A stretch of DNA of 64,000 nucleotides, taken from Oikopleura dioica (Eukaryota > Animalia > Chordata). Position numbers and translations under genes: made by a program. Numbering within the stretch: position 1 is the stretch's first letter; the number at the start of each line of letters is the position of its first letter. The DNA lies in NCBI GenBank assembly GCA_907165135.1, contig OU015566.1:1674001-1738000 (forward strand). The letters are read 5' to 3'. Positions 25,001 through 38,300 of the stretch are shown one piece after another. The notes under the pieces are model-generated. The model had not been told where the DNA came from and made no database searches. It saw only the letters and a list, made by a program, of their open reading frames with translations.

Positions 25001-26377
25001 AAGAAGAAAACACTTCTCGTCTTATTCAGTTTATTTGCGATGAAATGAAAATAAAGAATTCTTCTTTCTTCAGTAATGATCCAGTATCGTTGTTTTTTTT
25101 TGAGGGAATTAAAAAAGGTTGATGGAGTTTCCCCAGTTTAGATCAGAGGCGAGCTGATTTCGCCAGTTTGAAGAGGTGATTACGGGGCCGCGTTTTTGGT
25201 TTTTAAAATAGGTCGCTCTTGAAATATTTTTAAAATGAAAAATCTCTTCAAAATCGGTTAAAAAGACACTGAACCATATAGAAATGGGATTCGAGTTTAC
25301 CTTGATAGCAATCCAAAAGGGCTAAATTTAGCCATCGATCCAGTAAAAAGACCTTTTTGTGAGTGATTCTCGGCGGTGACAAGATTCCCCAAAACAAAAA
25401 TATACACAAAGAAGAAATTCATTTTGCCTGTGTTTTTGTAAACCTGGCACCTGGGTACTCCTGGCTTAATCTACCCCGTCGCCCTGACTTATTTAAATAG
25501 AGCTTTTGCTAAGGATTATTAATAATCGAGTGGCAGCGTCCTGTCGCGCATCGAATAAATTAACGGAAATGCGAAAGCGCTTTTCGCATGATCAGAATTG
25601 ATATTCCTGTCAAGATTGGTTCAATTAACGGACTGATTGAGCGGTTCAGTTTGCACCCTTCATTAGCCAATTTTATGCAAAAGGATTGATATCAATCGAA
25701 GAAGTGATTTGAAATCTACATATAACCCTGTCAAAAAACACTTTCTCATACGTTTTTTGAAAAGTTCGTATTAAGATTTTTACTCTTTAAAGAAATCCAT
25801 AAGTGCCTTTTACCACGTGACCATGTTTCGAAATCATAAATATTTAGAAAATCAAGAGCACAATTAACCAAACAAAGTGTTCCTCCTTTTTTGAAAATCA
25901 AAAATTAAGCTATGCCAAAATATGTCTGAAAAGATGAATTGATGCAGTCTCAAATTATGACTCTCAATTGTAGCATTTTCTTCTTGTTCTTCCTCATATC
26001 ACTTATCAATTACCATTCATATAAGAATAAAAGATGACGTCTGAGCATCATTATCATTTAATATGTTCTATTACAAGTCTCGCCGGACTCATTGTCTCGA
26101 TTCTCCTTTTCAATTTGGAATTGAGGCAATCTGGGAACATATTCTGACAATTTCAATTGTCTGTGACTATATATTTTTTACAGAATTGACAGTAAATTTT
26201 GAACTTGCAGAGAGAACCTTGAGCCCTTATTTCAATAACAGATCACAACTGACAGGCCAGGCCAGGGATCTGTTATTAACTCAATCTTTCCCCTCTTTTT
26301 TAAAAGAAAATTTACAGGCAGAAAATAAAGAAAAAAGATTGTAGTTTCAGGCAGAGTTCATCGGTCTTGGTAATTAA

Positions 26378-29300
26378 TTACCATTCGAGTGTGTTTTGCT
26401 TGAAGACTCTGTCGAAGAGAATGTCGAATTGGAATTGAATTCGGCATTTGAAAGTCGCTTTCTTGTTTGCATTGGTGCAGGTTTCTCCCGTCGCATCTGT
26501 CGCGTCCAAAGGATCGTTGCCATAACCTGAGCTTGGGCAATTCCAGAGAAGAAGCTGCTGCCAGTGATTGTAGAGATAGACTAGTTCTCGAAGAGCATCG
26601 TAGTCTCCGATGTCTTCGGCGGATTGAGTCTGGAAATCAGCATAGAGAGATTCGTGAGCTAGTTAATATAAAATTAGAGTACTTTAACATTTCTATAATA
26701 CCTCCAATGAAGTCGCTATGGATGCTTCTGCCTCTCTTTCCGCACCCCGATTTCGCCTTATTGATCGCCTTCTTCTCCATGTTATCAAAAAATCGTTCGA
26801 AAGCAGCGAGCCGTTTATCATTAATTGTCGAAAGAGTTCCAGTAGAGTGGATGTGAGTCAATCGAGCTTGGATTTCAACCATAAGCCTATCGCCAGCATC
26901 ATTTTTGACGTTATTCCAGCTTGTGCATCCTTTTTCGGTCATTGTGTAGCCAGATTTACATTCACAAAGGCCGGATCCAGAATTGTATTCAGCAAACCAA
27001 TCTGTACAATCTGCATTGGTAAGAGAAGCATCGTTGCACTTTTCAGAAAACTTGAATCTGAAGCAATCTCGGCTCCACCATGGTGCGCTTGTAGATCCTT
27101 TATCTTCCCGTGCACAGCTGTTTACTTTGCGATGACGCCAGCCTCCAGTGCAGCTACCCCAGCTATCGTCCCACCAAGTGAGAACATTTTCACTCGCTGG
27201 TCGGCAATCTCCAACAACTGTCATCTAAAAAAAATTTGTATTGTAAAGAAAAAAGACAATCATACGTAGAAACCGGAATCACAGGTGCAGGAATTCGACG
27301 AACTATCATAAGTCATGTTATCGCCGCATGCACATGACAAACCATCAGATGAGATTTCCACACCATGAATATCGAAACAAACGCAGCTTGTGCCGTCGTA
27401 AGAAGATTGACCAGAGCATGGACTTGTGGTTGTTGTCGCTTCCGAGGTTGTAGTGGTAGTTGTAGTCGTTGTAGTAGAAGTGGTGGTCGTTGTAGTGGTA
27501 GTCGTAGTGGTAGTTGTTGTGGTCGTTGTCGTTGTTGTCGTGGTAGTTGAAGTCGTTGTTGTAGTAGTGGTGGTCGTTGTAGTGGTAGTCGTAGCGGTGG
27601 TTGTTGTTGAGGTAGTCGTAGTTGTTGTCGTTGTCGTAGATGTGGTTGTTGTTGTCGTTGTTGTTGTCGTTGTCGTAGTCGTTGTCGAAGTCTTCAACGA
27701 GAGATTATCTTTTATTCTTTGATAAATCATTTTTTACATTATATTGCTTTTTGATGATATAATTTATTAAAAAAATGTTTGGTTTATCGAAACGGGAAAA
27801 ATCAAGGAGCCCTTGTAGCAAAAGCGGACAAATGTAAATCTTTAAACTATTTTTGCAAGAGTTTTAAATGCCTTGAATTTCCATTTTGTGGAATAAATAT
27901 TTTATTTCTCGATCCGCTAAGAACAGGTGGTCAAATACTTGTATCAGGTCGAAATTTCAATAAAAAGAGTTCAAGCTTATATTCAACCTGATAATCATTA
28001 CTGGATAAAAGTGTTTGTAAGGAGTTTAATTGCTGGATGTTATCTATACAGAATAATTTACGAGCAACACAATTAATTTAATTTTTCCTTTTGAATTTGG
28101 TTTTAAAATAAAAAGGTAAAAATCGATTTTCACAGACTTCAAGATCAATTCTTATATTGTTCTTAAAATTCTATACTTCGTATTTTCGCAGGGCTAATAG
28201 TTTGATCCTTCGACAATGTCCAAGTGCGCTCCGATTTTTACTGATTAATCCTTTTATCCCCCTTACAGGCGCAAAAGAGCAGGTGTTTTGAAAACATTAC
28301 CTGATCTTATCGATATGGGTGAAAAGAGAATTTTTCCAGCTTTCAGAAAATATATAGTTTGACATATTATTTATATCATATATAAAATCGGAAATTGAAA
28401 AATGACCTTTCTAACAGTGCAATTCTACTGAGCGCTAGTGCATAAGCGCACCCATAGAAAGTTGCGTATCTCGTGATCAAGATGAGATACTTCAGATCCG
28501 AAAAAAGATATGGAATCCGCATAAGCTAAATAAAAAGAAATGATTTGGTCGACTCTTAAGACAGACCGTTATCCGATCGTTGTTAACACCCTTAACATAA
28601 CCCAGGGGGCTAAACCCCCCGGGACCCTCACCAGGGCTGCACAATTGGCAAAAAAAATTGGATTTTTCCAACCAACTGCCAATCCAATCCAACCCAAATT
28701 TTGCCAATCCAACCAAATTCCAATCCAATGCCAATTCCAATTGGAATTTGGATGTCCAATTGGCAATTGGAATCAAACTTCCAATTGGCACTAGTTTTCC
28801 AATAGGACAGCCGAATTACAATTGAATCGGATTTTATTGGTAAATTCAGTTTTTATGAGTTCACTTGGCATAAATTACAGACAAAACGGACAATTCCGGA
28901 AGTTTTTTTTTCGGGGAAAAGCGCCAAATCTCCGGAATTGTCCGAATTCTAATTGAAAATTTTTTGCTTCCAAAGTGCCTTTTTAAGGGTGTCAACCAGA
29001 AAATGGGCTTTTTTAGTGCTACTCATGGCTTTTTTGACCCTTCTCTCATTTCTTTTCTGAAAATTCTTCGTAATATTTCGCGAAAAGGTGGTCCTATATA
29101 CAAAATAGACCTCTCAGTTGAATTTTTTGTCTGAAATTTCCGGAATTGTGCGTTTACAAAAATTTTACCGATTTCCCTCAAATCTCCGGAATTGCCCGTT
29201 CCGGAATTGTCCGTTTTGTCTGTATATCATATACAGTTGTGTGAGGAGTTTCCGCACCCATAAAGTGTGGGTAAAGGGTGCGGTAGCGCAGCACTCACTT

Positions 29301-32300
29301 TTGCTACTTCTAGAAGAAAATAGTAGAAAAAGTGCGGCCTAGGGGTGCGGGAACGCAGCACTCAAAAAGGGTGCGGAAACTCCTCACACCACTGTAATCC
29401 TTTAACCTTAGCCCGCCAGGGTACACCATCTATGGAACAGGGGTCAAAGAATTAGGTCTCTCACCGAAGTGATATTCAGTTTCAAAAAACGGAAGAAACT
29501 AGGGCTATTTATCGACAGACTAAGGGCTATTTATCAACATAGTTGGAAAAAACACACGCAAAACACGCAAGCACTCGCACGCGGGATTTACGAATACTCG
29601 CACGCGGCCCGCGTGACGCGGGTTTTGAAAATCTGCGCACACGCACGCACGCTCACTTGGATTTTGAAAAATTCGCGCACGCGCACGCGGTTTTCGGGTG
29701 TTCTTTCCAACTACAGTGACAACCCATTTTAAGGCCGACCCTTTTAAGGCCACTTTTTCGGAAAATCCCAAAAATCTGTCATCCTCGAAAAATCCATTTT
29801 AAGGCCACTTTCTTTCAATTTCTATTCAATATCTGCAAGTTGCAGTGTCAATTGAAAAAACTTATATAATTCGACTGCGGGATGTCTTGTGTTTTATCCA
29901 GAGTTGGTAAAAAATGAAACTTTTTATTTCTCTTTTTTGGTACTCTTCGGTGATTTTGTCTCGAATTTTTTTATTGATGATGATTTCTTACGGTCCTCTT
30001 AGAATTTTTACTTAGATTTTGAGTCCAAGAGTTCAAATCTATCATTATATAGGCGTGCTTAGACACGCAGACGAATTTATAGACCATTTTTCTATCGAAA
30101 AAGCTCAGTTATTGGGGTGTAGGGCGGCTACGTAACAAGTAGTCAAAATTGTAACGGCGTTACAAAAATTCAAAATCAAAATCATTGAACGAGTGTGCGC
30201 TTCGCGCTTGAATTGAAGGAAACTACTTTTTGGTATACCTTATTGCTTATTCTGTTCGAAATAAAAAGAATTGAGGGATGTAAAATAATATTTATTGCGA
30301 AAAAAATCTGAGTTTTTGTAACGGCGTTACAAATTGTAACGTAGCCGCCCGTCCCCCAGTTATTGTCTTCTTCAGGTCACTATTCTTTGACGTCTTCGCT
30401 AGAATCTCTTCATATCTTTTTTTCGCATTTGTCAAGTTGATTTTTTTAAGACGTGTTTTTCGAATATTATTTTTGAAATAATGAAAGAAAGAATCACCTT
30501 GAGTTCAATTCAAAGAACACATTTGGAAAAAGTCCGTGATTTATACTTTTTTCGAGCGAAAGAAATATGCGATAACCCTGTTACCCTCATTCATCATTTT
30601 TTATCCCAAGAAAGGAAAAAAATTGTTGTCATCCGACTCGAGACAAAAAATATTCAATTTAAGGCCACTTTTGAAACTCGCTGTCATCCGAAAATCGGCC
30701 TTAAAATGGGTTTTCACTGTATGTTTATCGATAAGCTATCCTAAGGTTACCTTTGGACTACTCTCGGTTTGGGTTAGGGTTTGGAAATAGGCTTATTTGG
30801 AGAATTACTGCATGCACCATGTATGGTGCAAATGCAATTGCTACAACGGCGCAATTGCTACAACGGCGCGGACCATCTGAAGGTGTTTTTGACCGGTAAG
30901 CAATATTTTTCCGAAAACTTCGCCGAATAACCTCCCCCTTCGAACTGGAGAGCTTGAACTGATGCTGAAACCTAAACCAGAATCCTCAACCTAACCCAAA
31001 CTCAAACATAAATCAAAATACGAGCCCAAAGACGAACGTAATAGGAGGAATCTCAGCCCCGTTCCTTGATCCTTTAAATTAAAGGGGCCGATCGGCTATC
31101 GGAAATTCGGTTTCCGATGTGGAAGGAGGTGGCTCGATCCAATCATTTTGCGAATTTACCAATTGGCGACCAGTTGCCAATTAGACCCCCATTTTCCAAT
31201 TGGAATTGCCATCCAATTGGACAGACCCTGATTTTCTCCCCCTTTTTCCAACCAATTTACCAATCCAATCCAATTGGAATTGGAAACCAATTGGATTCCA
31301 ATCCAATTGTGCAGCCCTGCCTTAACCAGAGGGCTTTGCCCCCCTTACCCCCGTTGAAAGTTTAAAGTTCCTAACCCTTGCTTCTTGCCCAGATTCAAGA
31401 GATATTGGATGGCTCGAATCATAGGCTTGAATGATAACTCCTCTCTTCGAAGGAAACATCGTTAACCGATCCCGAGTTTCTAAGAAATATCTTCATATCA
31501 TCTTTTTCGTCAAGTTCTTTTTGATGCTGATATTGCTGCATCTTTTCGCGTGTTCGTTGATTGAAATTATGCATTGCAAAATTTATCTTTATTCCTTACA
31601 TAGACTTTCTGAAAATAAAAAGCCTAAAAATAACACCGAATCACCGACCGAGACCTTTTGAAACCCATTTAAAATCCGACAGACCATTTGCAAAAAAATG
31701 TGTGAGAGAAAAAATAATAGAAAAATAAAGACTCTTGAACATGTGATGTTTACACCTTTCGTATCGCTCTAAATTGTGAAAAGAAAAAGCAATTTTTACC
31801 GTTGTAGTCGTAGTCGTTGTAGTTGAAGTTGTTGTTGTGGTTGTTGTTGTCGTGGTCTTAAAATTGGGTTATCGCATTGAAAGACAAAGAAAACTATATC
31901 GTTGTTGATAAAATTGCTTTTAACAAATACCATTGTCGTAGTCGTAGTTGTAGTCGTTGTCGTAGTCGTTGTCGTAGTCGTTGTAGTTGTAGTTGTTGTT
32001 GTGGTTGTTCTTGTCGTGGTCTTAAAATTGTGTTATCACATTTAAAGACAAAGAAAACTTTGTCGTCGTTAATAAAATTGCTTTTAACAAATACCGTTGT
32101 CGTAGTCGTAGTTGTTGTTGTTGTCGTAGTGGTTGTTGTAGTGATTGTTGTTGTAGTTGTTGTTGTGGTTGTTGTTGTCGTGGTCTTAAAATTGTGTTAT
32201 CGCATTGAAAGACAAAGAAAACTATGTCGTTGTTAATAAAATTGCTTTTAACAAATACCGTTGTCGTAGTCGTAGTTGTAGTTGTTGTCGTAGTCGTTGT

Positions 32301-35300
32301 TGTTGTTGTAGTTGTTGTTGTCGTTGTGGTTGTGCTTGTCGTCGTTGTCTGAATATTTGATAGATCGATTGATTGATATTTTTAGTGTTTTTCTGCTTTC
32401 TAGCGCCAACATGAGGCTGATATTTCTAGTTCGGTTATAATATTCTATTTTAGTGCGTTCTTAGCTTTCGATAGACCTCTTATATGTCTTATTTCGCTGA
32501 CATTGAAAAATCGAAAAAATTCGGTTTTCGCGTAATTTCAATATACAAATTACAATTAACATGCATTTTTGAAATTTTTGAAGGCTTAAATTTTGAGACA
32601 AGATGTTCGTTAAGGGGTCATATGTACATCATAATGATCCTCAGAATACGAGTAATCTAAAAATATCAAATAAAGACTCTTATCAAGTACAAAAAAACAA
32701 GGGGGATCCCTTAATCGTCGAAAAAAAATAAGTTTTCCGAGATTTTTTGGTAAAGAGATGCTCTCACTCCGACCCTTATTTTTGAAAAATATTTCAAAAA
32801 ATTTTTTTGTCTTCGCCGGTGGAATCTTTCAACCCTTCTTTGTACAACGGATAATTCGAATTTTGTAAACGGTATACCGAATCAGGTTTTCCCGCCTTAA
32901 TTGTTAAGAAAAGCCCCGATATTGACGACCTCCCCCTTAAGACTTACCGTTGTTGTAGTTGTCGTGGTTGTAGTTGACGTGGTTGTAGTTGTCGTTGTAG
33001 ATGTGGTGGTTGTTGTGGTTGTAGTGGTCGTCGTTGTTGTGGTTGTAGTTGTGGTCGTTGATGTCGTAGTCGTTGTGGTGGTTGTGGTGGTCGTCGTTGT
33101 TGTAGTGGTGGTCGTTGTTGTCGTTGTAGTGGTGGTCGTTGTTGTTGTAGTCGTGGTTGTTGTTGCGGAAGTTGTTGTCGTCGTTGTCGTAGTTGTAGTC
33201 GTTGTCGTGGTTGTGGTGGTGGTTGTTGTAGTAGTGGTGGTGGTTGTAGTGGTGGTGGTTGTAGTGGTTGTCGTTGTTGTTGTCGTTGTAGTTGTTGTTG
33301 TTGTTGTAGTTGTTGTTGTCGTAGTCGTCGTTGTGGTCGTCGTCGTGGTTGTAGTCGTTGTAGTAGTTGTTGTAGTAGTGGTTGTCGTTGATGTCGTTGT
33401 TGTCGTTGTTGTGGTCTTAAAGTTACTATGAGAATCAACATGCAAAAATTGTAGTCCAAACTTCCGTAAATTATAGTTTCATATCCGAGTGGGTCTGGAT
33501 TTTCCGCGGAAATATTATTCTAGCTCTACGCTTTGAGAAGAGCAAACTTTGAGCCAAAGTCGAGAGAATTGAAGAGCAAAAATATTTTTGAAAAAACTTT
33601 TTAGGGCCATATCTAAGGATTTTTATATTTTTTCAAATAGATATAAATAGTCAATTTGGTCAAGAATTCTTTTTTTTATTCCCGTTTACTCAAATTGAAT
33701 ATGCGACAAAATCTATCAGAGTGTCTTTATTTTTCTGCAATCACTTTGAGCGAGTCTAGAAAGGAAAAATAGAGAAAGCGCGGGCAAAGGGGCCACCAAA
33801 GCTGCAATCGCAAAGGGGCAAACAACTGCGCAACCCACTGTATCATAAAAAATCTTTGAGTCACGAAAAATGAACTCAAAAACCTCTTGAAGAGACGAAG
33901 CTAGGTTTTGAGCAAAAAGCCATAGTATTTATCCTTTTAATGTTCATGACTTGGCTAAGAAATAAGTGAAGACGATTAAAATGATGGTCTTAAAGGTCTT
34001 TTACCTTTCCTTTCAAAATTATCATTCTTAGCGTATCCGCAAAAAACACTTCAAGAGGTTCTTAGAGCTAATAATATATATTAACTGAAATATATTTTAT
34101 AATAAGCATTATAAAAGGACATTTAATATATCATATTAAAGCATATTTTTCAAGAGAAGCTATGTGATGTGGAAATAAATTTCTTATAACTGGGAAAGAC
34201 ATTATCTTTTTCGGCGAGAAAATACTTGGCCCCGTCGATAACACCTTAGGATGTGCATGCAATTATTCTCAACCTTATGAAAGTACCTTACTCTACAAAT
34301 TCGTAGACTAACTTTTTAAATTTAAATTTTATAGATTTTAACACGGAACTTGGAAATGAGCGCTCCCTCGAAAAACGACATAAGCAAGAGCGCAGCGTGA
34401 GAAAAAGGCGGCCGCGGAGTGAGAGCGCTCATTTCAAAGCTCCGTCTAAAATCTATAAAATTTAAATTTAAAAAATTAGTCTACGAATTTGTAGAGTAGA
34501 CGGAGCTCTACAAAATGGTTCTTATTTGGGAAAAATCGGACGAAAATTGTGGGAGGAGATAGACTTTGAGCAAATCATCCCATTTTTTCATATTTCTACG
34601 CTTACGATTCTTTTCAGAATTGTCTTAATGAAAGTGAAGGCCTTTATGATCTTAACACAAAAAGAATTATGAAAAATACTCAGATTTGACGGACCTCTGA
34701 AAAATATGTCACGGCGGGGCGCTGAACGGGCAGCTGCGCCGCGCCGATTTCATGTTTAACCCTTAACCTAAGTTGCTAGCACGTGTTGTTTTTGAGATAT
34801 GAGCTCTTGAAATCTTGTCGAAAATAATTTTTTGTTTTAATTTTCATCATCAACCTAAAATATTGACGAGGAAATAATAGATATTTATAAAAGAAAATAT
34901 TTAAAATTCCAATTTTTGAAGCCGATTTTCGTCAAAATTTATTATATCAATAGAAAAATTTTTTGACTAAAACTTTCACCTTGTAATCTTATCTACCTAA
35001 AATGGTAAAGGATACTTAAAGAGTAACGAAATTCATATTTATCGCGGGTTCTTAAACTTAATTATTACAAATTTTTCTTGGAAACTCAGAGTAGCCATAA
35101 GCTATGAAAATTTTTAAGAAACTAAGATGAAAGAGCATAAATAGACTATATAAAATAGTTTAGTAAGTATACAAAAAATAACGATGATCGAAAAAAATAA
35201 GCCAGCTGAAGAGTGAGAATGATAAAGAGCGAGAAGCGCGCGCAGAGCTCGGTCGGTTGGGTCCCTTAACCCGTTAACTGGGCGTGCGATATTTTACGTT

Positions 35301-38300
35301 AACAGACGCGTGGAGATCTTATCTCCACGGACGTTTTGACGATTTCTGTAGAGTATGGCCAATCTTAGTAAATTCTAAGAAAACAGGGTGATTCAGAAGC
35401 GTCTGCTCTTGCATCTGACCATTGTTTTTTTGTTTCTCTTGGTCGTCTTATGACTGAAAATTGGGTTCAAAGTAACGTCAGTTTCGGCGCTGACAACCAT
35501 TGAAAAGGGAAAAAAAGAGAAAAGGCGAGCGTGTTGCATTACTCTTTCCCTTTTTTTCGCTGAATGAAGTTTTTCTTTTGCTTCTCTTGAGAAGAATTTC
35601 ACGCAGAATATTTTGAAAATTATACTAGCGGATAGAGAATCGATTAAATTTTTCAAAAATGCAAAAATTTTCAAAAAAATTGAGTCTGGTCCATGTTAGA
35701 GCGCTTCATAGGCGCCGTGGAGATTAGATCTCCACGCGACTGTTAACGGGTTAACTACAGAGAAGAATAAAAATTTTTTGCTGCAAGCCTTGCCTCACTT
35801 TTCTATTCAAACCAGGGCTATCGGTTTCTAGTTGATTCAAATAATCCGCAATATTTTCTCCGCGTAACACGCAAGTTTTCATGCTTTACAATTTTTAACC
35901 GAAGGGACCCGGAATTAAATGCCTTTTAACGAGCTCCTTACTCTTCTAGAAGCATTTTATACAAGTGCTGCGTCTTCGCACCTTTTATAAGTTAACAAAA
36001 GTGCTAAAAATTTTCAAAGAACTAGAAATGATTGAGTGAAAATTTCTTTTCAATGGACAATGAATCATTCGTATTTTACCGTAGTTGTCGTTGTTGTCGT
36101 AGTTGTTGTTGTCGTAGTAGTGGTTGTAGTGGTAGTTGTGGTTGAAGTTGTTGTCGTTGTTGTTGTCGTCGTTGTGGTTGTTGTCGTAGTTGTTGTTGTT
36201 GTAGTGGTGGAGGTTGTTGTGGTTGTTGTTGTCGTCGTCGTCGTGGTCGTTGTCTTAAAATCATCATGATAAATATTCAATACTTTTATTCGAGTGTTTT
36301 AGATAAGACTCGTTTATATTTTGATTGACAAGGGACAAAATAAATCCAAAGTATCGTGAAAGTGTAAAATTTCTTGGATCATTTTAATTTTCTTCCCATC
36401 GGATTCAGCGTATTTGAAAACCCCGGAAAAAATGGTACTTTTTCTCTTCCGCTGTGAAAACGCGATAAGCGCGGCATTTCAAAGGCCGAAAGTATCCAAC
36501 TTTGTTCCAATTGATTTACAGAGAACTAATACTGACAATAAAAATCTAATTTATCAGACTTTTAGATAAGGGTCTGAACTACTTAGCAAACTTTTAAAAA
36601 CTAAAAATATTAATCCTAACCCAGTCATTCAGTCATTCAAAATGTCCCCATTTTACAAAAGCGCGCGCGGCTCTTCCTTCCTCCCTCTCACCTGTAAAAA
36701 TGACCCTATATTACTGAAAATTTGGCCACAGACTAAATTTTTTGTTCCTTATTCAATCGTAAAAAAATTATCCTCAGAAAATAAGGTATTGCTCTGTTTT
36801 TTGGCGAGAGAAGACCTCAAGTTCAAACCTACATAAGTACTCAAAATAATATGTTTATCCGTCTGTAACTTGATTCATCGAAAAGCGCATTCTTTACTCG
36901 ATTAAAATAATCTTTAAAAATCTCATGGAAGCATTTCTTTATTTGATTATCGAAGGAAAAATGCTTGCCTCCTAGTGCGCCTGACCTACTTCACGAGCAC
37001 ATGATTCCCGCTGAGATATTTGCAAGTGCACTAACGACCAGCGCGATTGTGCTTCCAGATATAATTCTGAGCAAATACCAATGAAAGCATTTTTGTAGAG
37101 TAAAGAGCGGTCTTTTCGATGAATCTAGTACCAGACGGATAAACATATTATTTTGAGTACTTATGTAGGTTTAAACTTGAGAGTCTTCTCTCGCCAAAAA
37201 AAAGAGCAATACCTTGTTTTCTGAGGATAATTTTTTAACGATTGAATAAGGAACAAAAAGTTTAGTCTGTGGCTAAATTTTCAGTAATATGGGGTCATTT
37301 TTACAGGTGAGAGGGAGGAAGGAAGAGCCGCGCGCTTTTGTAAAAATTTGGACATTTTGAATGACTGAATGACTGGATTAGGATTAATATTTTTAGATTT
37401 TAAAAATTTGCTAAGTAGTTCAGACCCTTATCTAAAAGTCTATTAAATAAGATTTACATTGTCAGTATTAGTTCTCTGTAAATCAATTGGAACAAAGTTG
37501 GATACTTTTGGCCTTTGAAATGCCGCGCTTATCGCGTTTTCACACCAAAAGAAAAAGTACCATTTTTTCAGGGGTTTTCAAATACGCTGAATCCGATGAG
37601 AAGAAAATTAAAATGATCCAATAATTTTACACTTTCACGTTAATTTGAATTTATTTTCTTGAAGATTATGCAAACCAAACCCTTTTTACCCGTTACCAAG
37701 CGAATGGCGTAAATAAGCCTTTCTCTCCAACAATTATGCCGTATTTCGAGTCTCCGAGCATGTCTTAGCATCGAAACTGCTACGCTCTTGGCAACGGAGG
37801 AAAAATTTTATCTTATATGATTTTATGATTCTTGTTTTATTAGCAAAAAATTAATACCGAGTTTTTCAGACTCTAAACCCGAGAAGCGCTGCCACTTAGG
37901 CTTTCCAGAGCTTTGATTGGCTGACCAGCAAATTTGATTTTCAAAAGTCGACATATACGTCTGACAACTTTTGATTTTCTCGGGGCAAACGCTTGAAATT
38001 CTCGGTATCAAACATGGAAAATTAAAATATATTTCTTTAAAAACTTTCATTTTTTATAAATTTTTTATTTTATTACCGTTGTTGTCGTCGTCGTCGTTGT
38101 TGTTGTTGTTGTTGTTGTCGTAGACGTCGTTGTCGTAGTTGTCTAAAATTTTTCTTAAAAACTTGGTCGTATATAGAGTACAAGGATTTCATGTTAAAAG
38201 TGCGATGCGAGCGAACTTGAGCCATCAAGTAACGTTTTTGTTCGCGTACTCAGCAGAAAAAAATTTCTTTCTTGACAAGCTCGCTGACTGAAAAATATCA

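Larger units (their letters stand above)
28632..31319. mobile_element. hAT-like 2.7-kb non-autonomous element hosting nested MITEs
   Basis: TIR CAGGGCTGCACAATTGG / CCAATTGTGCAGCCCTG with dense subterminal CCAAT/CCAATTGG repeats at both ends. TSD not clean. Confidence 0.78.

Noticed and set aside
32614-32936. Additional TTAA-GG MITE
   Set aside because: TTAA and GG/CC ends are present, but there is no convincing TIR match.
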